In this document: piece by piece, positions 6,091 to 13,066 of the stretch
Layout: each line of letters begins with the position of its first letter
Position numbering within the stretch: position 1 is the stretch's first letter
Assembly: GCA_964247135.1 (NCBI GenBank)
Contig: CAXTTL010000134.1
Location: 1 to 13,402, forward strand
DNA length: 13,402 nt
Reading direction: 5' to 3'
Source of the DNA: an uncultured Deinococcales bacterium
Lineage (GTDB): Bacteria; Deinococcota; Deinococci; Deinococcales; JAAFIG01
The notes under the pieces: model-generated
What the model saw: the letters and a program-made list of their open reading frames with translations, nothing else
What the model was told of the DNA's origin: nothing
Databases searched by the model: none
Program-made: the position numbers and the translations under genes

Positions 6091-8592
6091 TTATTGCTTC
6101 AACAGCACGCTGAGATTGTTTGAGCCAGAATTTGCCACGACAAGATCAATCCGTCCGTCGTTGTTCAAATCACCGGTGGCTGCGCTTGCTGGACTTGTGC
6201 CAGCCGTGAAGTTAAGGGGAGCGGCAAAGCCACCTGCGTTGTTACCAATTAGAACATTGACGTTGTTGGTTAAATCTTCGTTGACGACAACCACGTCGAG
6301 TTGTCCGTCTCCGTTAAAGTCGCCCAAACTGACTGCCGTTGGAATGGCTGGCAAGATGACGGCTTGGGATGTTGCGTATCCGCCCGAGTTGTTGCTGAGC
6401 AACACGCTGAGTTGTGTGTCAACGTTGTTGTTGGCTGTGACAAAATCGAGCCGCCCGTCGTTGTTGAAGTCGCCGCTGGCGAACATGGTGGGGCTGTTCG
6501 CAACCGTGAACAGTTTTGGCGTCAAGAAGTTTCCAGCCCCGTCTCCGAACAACACACTGATCTCTCCAGCGGTGGTTGGATGACTGAGCAACACGGCAAC
6601 ATCAAGATGACCGTCGGCATTGAAATCACCGCTCAACACGCTAGATTGGTTGCTTCCAGCACCGAAGCTCGAGGCGCTGGAAAACACGCCCGCACCGGTT
6701 CCAAAAAGCACACTGACCGTGCCATCGATGTTGTCCGAGGTCGTTACCAGATCGAGCTTGCCGTCGCTGTTAAAATCCCCGGTGGCAATAGAATTTGGAT
6801 TTGAAGAAACCGCATAATTGGTCACCGTAAAACCGCCCGTACCGTTGCCAATCAAAACACTGATGGTTCCAGCCGTTTGGTTGGCGCTTGCCAGATCAAG
6901 AATGCCGTCGTTGTTAAAATCACCACTCGAGATGGCGGTTGGGGTCACACCCACCGCGACCGAGGCGGCGGCGGCAAAACCACCGATCCCATCGCCGAGC
7001 AAAATACTGACGGTATTGGAACCTTGGTTGGCGCTCGCCAAATCCAGTTTGCCGTCCTGGTTGAAATCGCCAGAAACCACCGAAAGCGGCAATGTGCCCG
7101 TCGCAAAATTGGTCGTCACACCAAAGCCAGCCGCGATTTCTGGGTTGCTCGAGTTGCGAAAACGGTAAACCACGGGTTTGATCGCAACGCTATCGCTCGA
7201 ACGGGTCAAGCCGCTCGAGAGGCTGACTTCGACCTCCTCACCAGGTTTGAAAGGCGCGGTTGGTGTGTAACTGAGGGTTGTGCCGCCTCCAGAATAGATT
7301 CCGTTGTTGAACGTTCCAGCGGCGACTTTACGCTGTCCGGTCTGAAAAGCTTGAACCACAAAGCTCGAGTCTGTCGGTGCATTCATGGCTTGACAAAAAC
7401 CTGCCCCAATGCCCGAACTTGCCAAAATATTTTTGCTGTTTGGCGCGGGCGCGACCGTTTCCATCTTGACCCCAGGAGAGGTCGTCAGCAATTCTGGGTT
7501 TGTAAATACGCCGGATGCCATCGCCGTGCGAACATCACAAAGGGTGCGTTTGGTGAGTGCAGATGAACCGTAAAATCCGCTGCCTGAAAGCAAATTGATC
7601 AGTGGGTTGATGTTTGGCAGTGTCGAAATCAATTCTTGCAGACGCCCGCTTCCCTTGGGATCGGTTTGCTCCTCGAGGCTCTGGGTGGCGATTGAATCGG
7701 TTTCGGCGGCAACCAGCACCTGGAAAGCAAAAACGAATGGGGTTCCGACACGGGTCGGTTGGCGCGGCAAGTAAAAACCAAGGGTAAATTGACCTTTGTA
7801 GCATGAGGGATCAGTGAGAAATGCACAAGTTGAAGGCGTGGTCGGAATGCTGCGCCCTCCCAAAAAGTTCCGCGCCACAAAACCGTAATCAAGCACGTCG
7901 GCGTGTGAATTGGGATTTGAGGGACTTGGATCAGTGTAAAAAGTATTGGCATCGGCTTGCACTTTGTCCACCTCGCCAGTGGCAGGGTTTCCAGTGCGGG
8001 TATAGATTTGCATGTCCGCCAAGTCTGGGTTGACAACAACGCCCCGAACAGTCGCCCGCATTCCGTGTGATGGTTTGATGGCTCTGAAGACGTTTGCACC
8101 ACTGGGAAATGTGGCAGTGTCAGTTACGGCTACACCATCGCCGCCGACGACGGTATTAAACATGGTTCCTAATTTTGAAGCTGCCCAACTTGTGCCGTAT
8201 GTGGGGTTTGTACCTGCCTTGTCAAAGCCAGTCGCAATCAGGTTTAAATTGCTAAAGGGCGTTGTGCCGACGTTGGCAATTTCAAAAGTGGCTTGCACAT
8301 AACGGCTTGGCGTGCCAAATGGTGCGAGGTCGTTGATGTCTAAAAATTGGACTTGACGACGACGGATATTCACCACATTGTCAAGCACACCAGATATTGT
8401 TCGGTGTTGCGCGTTTCGTGATTTCAGAGGATTAAACGTGGCGTTGGCAACAGGATTGGCTTGATCGCGCAAATCAATTGAAATACTCAGCAAACCCAAG
8501 ATGCTCGAGTCAGTGCTTGGCAATTGCGTTGGAGCTGGAATGGTATTGCACGCACTAAGTGCAAGAAATGTAAAAATTATAAATCTTTTCAT
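6091..8592 (-). CDS. FG-GAP repeat beta-propeller lipoprotein with an Ig-like (Big_5/SbsA-type) domain, 833 aa
   Basis: GGAGG RBS; lipobox LSAC (Cys15); about 350-aa unassigned N-terminal domain; Ig-like segment VAPAPNS...TLSYTPTAPFKPGEEVEVSLS; seven GD[FL]NxDGxxD motifs (~7073-6150). Confidence 0.9.
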   Translation of the reverse strand: MKRFIIFTFLALSACNTIPAPTQLPSTDSSILGLLSISIDLRDQANPVANATFNPLKSRNAQHRTISGVLDNVVNIRRRQVQFLDINDLAPFGTPSRYVQATFEIANVGTTPFSNLNLIATGFDKAGTNPTYGTSWAASKLGTMFNTVVGGDGVAVTDTATFPSGANVFRAIKPSHGMRATVRGVVVNPDLADMQIYTRTGNPATGEVDKVQADANTFYTDPSPSNPNSHADVLDYGFVARNFLGGRSIPTTPSTCAFLTDPSCYKGQFTLGFYLPRQPTRVGTPFVFAFQVLVAAETDSIATQSLEEQTDPKGSGRLQELISTLPNINPLINLLSGSGFYGSSALTKRTLCDVRTAMASGVFTNPELLTTSPGVKMETVAPAPNSKNILASSGIGAGFCQAMNAPTDSSFVVQAFQTGQRKVAAGTFNNGIYSGGGTTLSYTPTAPFKPGEEVEVSLSSGLTRSSDSVAIKPVVYRFRNSSNPEIAAGFGVTTNFATGTLPLSVVSGDFNQDGKLDLASANQGSNTVSILLGDGIGGFAAAASVAVGVTPTAISSGDFNNDGILDLASANQTAGTISVLIGNGTGGFTVTNYAVSSNPNSIATGDFNSDGKLDLVTTSDNIDGTVSVLFGTGAGVFSSASSFGAGSNQSSVLSGDFNADGHLDVAVLLSHPTTAGEISVLFGDGAGNFLTPKLFTVANSPTMFASGDFNNDGRLDFVTANNNVDTQLSVLLSNNSGGYATSQAVILPAIPTAVSLGDFNGDGQLDVVVVNEDLTNNVNVLIGNNAGGFAAPLNFTAGTSPASAATGDLNNDGRIDLVVANSGSNNLSVLLKQ

Positions 8593-8618
8593 ATAACCTC
8601 CGCTTTTATATCTACTTT

Positions 8619-8640
8619 TATTTCAATAGTCGTTGAAATA
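8619..8640. promoter_or_regulatory. Inverted repeat TATTTCAA-N6-TTGAAATA upstream of the FG-GAP gene
   Basis: 8-bp perfect arms 27-48 nt upstream of the 8592 start; AT-rich context lowers significance. Confidence 0.3.
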
Positions 8641-9294
8641 GAGAATTTTTATAGGAATAACAGCATCTAAAAATACGATAAACCTTAATTAAATTTAGAA
8701 TTAATGTTGCACTTGTTTGGAATAAAGATTTATTTTTGAAAGAAATTAAACTCAGACATCATTCTTACAAAGCAAAAAACATCGCCTCCCACAACGATCA
8801 ATGATGGTTTTAAAATCTTGTGCCAAAAATGGCAATTTCATTCTATTCCCACGTTGGATCGATTTTAGCGAGTTCGACATAAATTTAGCGTTAAGCACAT
8901 CCGATTCGTATCTTAAAAGCAAAATCTGCTATTGCTGAGCGAAAATCGCTTTGGCACGTTCCTCTTTAATGATCTGTTTACAAAATTCGTAAATAGATTG
9001 AGGATATCTTAATCCAGACAACATTCACAGGTAAATTACAGCGCCTGTCCGTACCTAACAATGCAAACGCTCACATTCGATTCTTTTTATGGCTGTAAAG
9101 TAACATTCGATGCAGGAATTTACTTTTGCTGACTTAATGCATAAAACACTAAAACTTTACATTCTGAAACTTCACATTTACGGTTCAATTGCTCGAGCTT
9201 GGTCTAAAACCAAGACCAGCTTGAAATTCTATCGGGTGAGCATTTGTCTTTTAAACTCGAGAATGAAAAACCAAACGGTTGACTAAGCATTCTG

Positions 9295-9328
9295 GCGTAG
9301 TGCAAAAAGCACAATTGCGTAGTACACT
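9295..9328 (+). promoter_or_regulatory. Candidate promoter of the small-ORF cassette
   Basis: TACACT -10 at 9323-9328; GCGTAGT direct repeats at 9295 and 9317. Confidence 0.4.
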
Positions 9329-9364
9329 CTGAAAAATCTCAAAGCTGAAAGGCGGTGCACGGCA

Positions 9365-9499
9365 ATGGTGAAACTCGAAAACAACTCAATTACCAAGATC
9401 ATTCTTGCTGCATTGGCACTGCCCAGTGTTGCATTGCCCAGTGCTGCATTGCCCAGTGTCGCTCGAGGTCTTGATGAACCCTTACACCCGTCGTTTTGA
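9365..9499 (+). CDS. Small ORF A, 44 aa hydrophobic peptide MVKLENNSITKIILAALALPSVALPSAALPSVARGLDEPLHPSF
   Basis: AAAGGCGGT RBS-like motif at 9348-9356; frame-preserving 15-nt repeats; stop closely followed by a strong terminator. Confidence 0.5.
   Translation: MVKLENNSITKIILAALALPSVALPSAALPSVARGLDEPLHPSF
9416..9460 (+). repeat. Three tandem 15-nt repeats GCA(C/T)TGCCCAGTG(T/C)(T/C)
   Basis: Units 9416-9430, 9431-9445 and 9446-9460; encode ALPSV/ALPSA/ALPSV. Confidence 0.95.
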
Positions 9500-9514
9500 T
9501 TCAGTGCAGCACTG

Positions 9515-9549
9515 AACTTCGGCGGAACGTATCCCGCCGAAGTTTTTTT
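9515..9549 (+). terminator. Intrinsic terminator after small ORF A
   Basis: AACTTCGGCGG (9515-9525) pairs with CCGCCGAAGTT (9534-9544); T7 run at 9543-9549. Confidence 0.9.
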
Positions 9550-9569
9550 ATGATCGAAAGGAGCCAGTC

Positions 9570-9731
9570 ATGGTCGTGCAAACCAAAGAATCCTGTCAAG
9601 CCATTGCCTTCAAACCCGAGCTTGATCTCGAGCAACAACCCCAGATTGCCTTTTTATCTTTCACTTATTTGAGGAAAACAACATGCACAATTCCAAACCA
9701 ACGCCACAAATTGCGACGGCTCCTTTGGTAA
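9570..9731 (+). CDS. Small ORF B, 53 aa (MVVQTKESCQAIAFKPELDLEQQPQIAFLSFTYLRKTTCTIPNQRHKLRRLLW)
   Basis: Strong AAAGGAG RBS at 9557-9563, 6 nt before the ATG; overlaps ORF C by 49 nt, so doubtful. Confidence 0.3.
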   Translation: MVVQTKESCQAIAFKPELDLEQQPQIAFLSFTYLRKTTCTIPNQRHKLRRLLW

Positions 9732-9808
9732 CCCCTAAAAATGTCGGCTGGACGATCACCAAAGTTCGTACTCCAACGCCGCCAAAACCAAGCACTGCAC
9801 GGACGTGA
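9683..9808 (+). CDS. Small ORF C, 41 aa Pro/Thr/Lys-rich peptide MHNSKPTPQIATAPLVTPKNVGWTITKVRTPTPPKPSTART
   Basis: GAGGA RBS at 9671-9675 with A-rich 7-nt spacer; stop lies 14 nt before a 19-bp terminator stem. Confidence 0.55.
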   Translation: MHNSKPTPQIATAPLVTPKNVGWTITKVRTPTPPKPSTART

Positions 9809-9822
9809 CGTGCAGCCCCAAG

Positions 9823-9865
9823 ACCGACTGAAATCCGCTCAATCTGAGCGGATTTCAGTCGGTTT
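9823..9865. terminator. Probable bidirectional terminator
   Basis: ACCGACTGAAATCCGCTCA-ATC-TGAGCGGATTTCAGTCGGT, 19-bp perfect stem (9823-9863), abutting the stop of the convergent 9864 gene. Confidence 0.85.
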
Positions 9866-10673
9866 AAGGTTTGCGAAACAACCCCCAAATGGTCGCCATC
9901 AAAGACAATGCCAAACCCGCGAACAAGGAATACAGCAACGGATTCAACTCGAGTTTGGGTTCATTTAAGGCGGGCACCTCTCGAGTGGCGTAAAAACCAA
10001 CTTGCGACGTTGGCGACAAGACATCCAAGACCGTCGGGGCATTTTGCAGATTTGAGCTAAGGTGCAGCGCGGACGCGTCACTGCTGACCTCTAAAACACC
10101 ATTTTTGCTTAACGGGTCGTACAAGCTGACAAATGCCCAGTAACGATACGCGTCGGCTGGCAATTGCGTCGCCAAAACAATGTTCGCACCGTCCACCTGA
10201 ACGCCGACCTTGGAGGAGACTCGAGCACTTTGCGGCGCATTTTTAGCGGTTTCAAGCAGCGCGTTCCAGCCATTCACATGCAGGTGATAACGCCAACCGC
10301 GCCCTGGCGGTGAATGAAAACCGGTCGTGCCCAATTCTTCGATGCCGCCCCTTTCGGTGTTCAGATACACATCGATGACAGGTTCACTAAACCCATTCGG
10401 GGCGCGTTCAGGGTTTTGGACGCTGCCAAACGCCAATCGCAACTCGAGTTTTTGCTTGACATCGCTCGCTGTGAAGGTTCGAAGATCCAAAACGCTGGCG
10501 TCTTTGAGGGTGCTCGGCAGGGCGTAAACACCGTCGCCGAGGGCATCGCCTTGTGGGTCTGAGACCGAGAACAAAACCGTGCCAGCCGCCAAGCCGCTCG
10601 AGGGGTTTGAGAGCATCGAGCACAGCATGAAACTGATTACAAAGGGTGGAAATCGAAGAAGACAAAAACGCAT
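9864..10673 (-). CDS. Glucodextranase DOMON-like domain protein, secreted with C-terminal TM anchor
   Basis: DPQGDALGDGVYALP...LDLRTF...LAFGSVQNPERAPNGFSEPVIDVYL motif of Glucodextran_C; N-terminal hydrophobic signal; C-terminal LLYSLFAGLALSLMATIWGLFRKP. Confidence 0.85.
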   Translation of the reverse strand: MRFCLLRFPPFVISFMLCSMLSNPSSGLAAGTVLFSVSDPQGDALGDGVYALPSTLKDASVLDLRTFTASDVKQKLELRLAFGSVQNPERAPNGFSEPVIDVYLNTERGGIEELGTTGFHSPPGRGWRYHLHVNGWNALLETAKNAPQSARVSSKVGVQVDGANIVLATQLPADAYRYWAFVSLYDPLSKNGVLEVSSDASALHLSSNLQNAPTVLDVLSPTSQVGFYATREVPALNEPKLELNPLLYSLFAGLALSLMATIWGLFRKP

Positions 10674-10680
10674 CGTGGGC

Positions 10681-10686
10681 AGTATA
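10681..10686 (-). promoter_or_regulatory. -10 box TATACT for a leaderless transcript
   Basis: TATACT lies 7 nt upstream of ATG 10673; no SD sequence. Confidence 0.6.
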
Positions 10687-10715
10687 TCGGCAATCGATGA
10701 GCTTGTTAAGAAGCC

Positions 10716-12062
10716 TCACATTCCATCTTCAGGCACGGGTTTTGAATTCAGTCCTGGACGAAGACGTTTCTCGAGCAAAACCCTGATCAAAACGGCACTC
10801 AGGGCACGGGGTTGATGTTGTCCCTCGCCATTCTGGGTCAAACGCGCCTGATGCACCCCAATGCCCGCCTGGCGCAGCGACGCCAGGTCAAGTTTGACCA
10901 GTTGGGCTTGCTCTGCAAGGTATTTTTCCAGCGTCAGGCTCGAGACCGGAGCATCGTTCACCAGCACAACATCTGGTTTGCGTCCAAGATGCGCCGCCAC
11001 AGCTTGAGCGTGTTCAAACACGCTCAAACCATCGGTTTCACCGTGCTCGGTCATGATGTTGGCGACATAAACGATGGTGGCTTGGCTTTGCTTGAGGGCT
11101 TTTGCCAAATCGGGCACCAGCAACGGCGGGATGACGCTGGTGTACAGGCTGCCAGGTCCAATCACGATCATTTCGGCATTTAAAATGGTTTGTACCGCGC
11201 CTGGGATTGCCGTGGGCTGATTGGGTTCGAGTCTGAGCTGTTTAATGCGACGTCCGGCAGCCTGTTCGCGCAGGGTGCTCTCGCCGGCGATCAGCGTTCC
11301 ATCCTCGAGTTCGGTTATCAACGTGGCGGCGCTGGCGGTGGCGGGCAGAACTTTGCCCCGAACGTTCAAAATATTGTTCAGCGCCATGACGGCGCTGCCA
11401 AAATCTCCGCGTTCTTCGGACAGTGTCGCCAGCATTAAATTCCCGAAAGTATGTCCCTCGAGTTCTTCGCCGCGTTTAAAGCGGTGCAACAATAACTTTG
11501 CCAAATCTGGCGAGTCGGACAGTGCCGCATAACAATCGGTCAGATCGCCTGGCGCGGGCATGTCCAACGACTTTCGCAAACGCCCGCTCGAGCCGCCGTC
11601 GTCGGTCACCGCCACAATCGCGGTGATGTTGCTCGAGTAGCGTTTCAAACCAGACAGCAAATTGCTTAAACCCGTTCCACCGCCAATCGCCACGATTTTT
11701 GGACCCTGCCCCAACGCCCGCGTTCTAAAAATCCGGTCCAACGTTTCGCTGGGACTCGAGCCGAGGGAACGCAGCAATGAACGGTTGAGTCCAATCACGC
11801 CCCACCAGCCCAAAGCGACACCCAAAACCATTAAGAGCGCCGCCCAACCCCAGCGTCCCAAGTGCAGCATCTCGGAGATTTCAATCAGTCTCGCCGTAAA
11901 ATTGATAAAAAAATTGCGTTGCTCGCCAACCCGTGTCCAGGCGACAAAACCGCCCATCAAAACCAACAAACCAAACAAAACCAATGCCAGGTAGCGTTTG
12001 ACTTTTAAGCCTGGAATCAGCCAGCGCCACAAACTCATCCAGAAGCTGCGCCTGGATTTCAC
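10716..12062 (-). CDS. yvcK: YvcK/GlmR family UDP-GlcNAc-binding protein (UPF0052) with N-terminal TM segments
   Basis: GPKIVAIGGGTGLSNLLSGLK, AIVAVTDDGGSSGRLR, GHTFGNL, IGPGSLYTSVIP, NIMTEHGET. Start reassigned from 12176 to GTG 12062, which forms a GTGA overlap with the rapZ stop (ATG 12038 is an alternative). Confidence 0.93.
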   Translation of the reverse strand: MKSRRSFWMSLWRWLIPGLKVKRYLALVLFGLLVLMGGFVAWTRVGEQRNFFINFTARLIEISEMLHLGRWGWAALLMVLGVALGWWGVIGLNRSLLRSLGSSPSETLDRIFRTRALGQGPKIVAIGGGTGLSNLLSGLKRYSSNITAIVAVTDDGGSSGRLRKSLDMPAPGDLTDCYAALSDSPDLAKLLLHRFKRGEELEGHTFGNLMLATLSEERGDFGSAVMALNNILNVRGKVLPATASAATLITELEDGTLIAGESTLREQAAGRRIKQLRLEPNQPTAIPGAVQTILNAEMIVIGPGSLYTSVIPPLLVPDLAKALKQSQATIVYVANIMTEHGETDGLSVFEHAQAVAAHLGRKPDVVLVNDAPVSSLTLEKYLAEQAQLVKLDLASLRQAGIGVHQARLTQNGEGQHQPRALSAVLIRVLLEKRLRPGLNSKPVPEDGM

Positions 12063-12895
12063 GCACCACCTTCGCCCTTCTCGAGATCGCGGTGCGTGAC
12101 GCTGCTGGCATATTGTAATAAATCTCTGGCAAGCGCTTCCACCACCGCGACGCTGCGGTGAAAGCCGCCCGTGCAACCGATTGCCACCGAATAACTCGAG
12201 CGTTCGGAGCGTCTGGCGAGTTCGGCGTTGGCGCTGACAAAGTCACGAAGCAACTGATAAAATGCCGTACCGTCGCTCGAGAAGACGTATTGACTGACTT
12301 CAGGTTCTAGACCGCTTTTATACTTTAATTCTGGGTCGTAAAACGGATTGGGCAAGCCACGCACGTCCAAGACCAAATCGGCATCTCGAGGGGCGCCGTG
12401 TTTAAAGCCAAACGAGCTGAGCGACAAGGTAAAAGCCTGATCCTGACCAAACAGACCGCGCAATTTTGCCACCAAGGCTTTGGCGCTCAGCAAAGACGTG
12501 TCAATCACCACATCGGCGTGCGATCTCAAATCGGCGAGCACCTCACGCTCCGCCCGCAAATCGCCCAACAGCGTTGACTCGTGCAGCGGATGGGTGCGCC
12601 GCGTGAAGCCGTAACGCCGAATCAGCACGTCATCGTCCGCCTCGAGGTAGACCACCACAGGCTTCGGGCTGACCGATTTGAGCCAAGTTTCAATATCATT
12701 CAGAAAATGCCTGGTTCTGGCGTCGGTCACGACCGCCACCTGGGTTAAACCCTGTGACAGGCACAACTCGAGTGTTGAATGCCACAGTGGCGGCGGCAAG
12801 TTGTCGGTGGTGAAAAAACCAAATTCCTCGAGCGCCTGAACAGCCGTGGTTTTGCCCGCGCCTGAAAGCCCTGTGATGATGACAAAACGATTCAC
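12059..12895 (-). CDS. rapZ: RNase adapter RapZ / YvcJ P-loop protein, 278 aa
   Basis: IITGLSGAGKT, DNLPP, RRTHPL, SFGFKHG, DLVLDVRGLPNPFY, AIGCTGGFHRSV, HRDL. Confidence 0.96.
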   Translation of the reverse strand: MNRFVIITGLSGAGKTTAVQALEEFGFFTTDNLPPPLWHSTLELCLSQGLTQVAVVTDARTRHFLNDIETWLKSVSPKPVVVYLEADDDVLIRRYGFTRRTHPLHESTLLGDLRAEREVLADLRSHADVVIDTSLLSAKALVAKLRGLFGQDQAFTLSLSSFGFKHGAPRDADLVLDVRGLPNPFYDPELKYKSGLEPEVSQYVFSSDGTAFYQLLRDFVSANAELARRSERSSYSVAIGCTGGFHRSVAVVEALARDLLQYASSVTHRDLEKGEGGA

Positions 12896-12901
12896 GAATG
12901 A

Positions 12902-12910
12902 AGTTTAACA
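12902..12910 (-). promoter_or_regulatory. Extended -10 (TGtTAAACT) for a leaderless rapZ transcript
   Basis: TAAACT lies 6 nt upstream of GTG 12895 and is preceded by TGn; no SD sequence. Confidence 0.65.
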
Positions 12911-12938
12911 AGCGACGGACAAAATTGATGCTCGAGTG

Positions 12939-13002
12939 GTATTTACCGCCTGCATTTGGAATTTTCACTTCGCTCCAATTCTGTCATTATGGCGGTAAAT
13001 AC
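12939..13002. repeat. 12-bp perfect inverted repeat with 40-nt spacer
   Basis: GTATTTACCGCC (12939-12950) and GGCGGTAAATAC (12991-13002); inner TTGGA/TCCAA arms. Confidence 0.8.
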
Positions 13003-13025
13003 GCAGTCCCCACTCACGCTGGTCG

Positions 13026-13056
13026 GAAATTTTTAGGATGAAGCCCTAAAAATTTC
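13026..13056 (-). terminator. Hairpin downstream of rfbA, possible terminator
   Basis: GAAATTTTTAGG (13026-13037) and CCTAAAAATTTC (13045-13056), 10 nt after the stop; AT-rich stem and no U tract. Confidence 0.45.
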
Positions 13057-13066
13057 GGGAAGGTAT

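Noticed and set aside
6080-8302. Chain of plus-strand ORFs opposite the FG-GAP gene
   Set aside because: Codon-bias shadows with no independent signals.
8752-9024. Minus-strand 91-codon frame with one internal TAG (MLSGLRYPQSIYEFCKQIIKEERAKAIFAQQ*QILLL...)
   Set aside because: No RBS and no recognisable motif; could be a decayed gene but cannot be supported without a homology search.
9416-9460. Repeats as a CRISPR array
   Set aside because: Units are 15 nt, directly adjacent with no spacers, and no cas genes are present.
9661-9968. Track ORFs 9661-9888 (-) and 9741-9968 (+)
   Set aside because: Both read through the 19-bp terminator hairpin and lack an RBS; ORF C explains the region better.
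12063-12176. N-terminal extension of yvcK given in the ORF track
   Set aside because: Overlaps the conserved rapZ C-terminus; GTG 12062 gives a standard 4-nt overlap.
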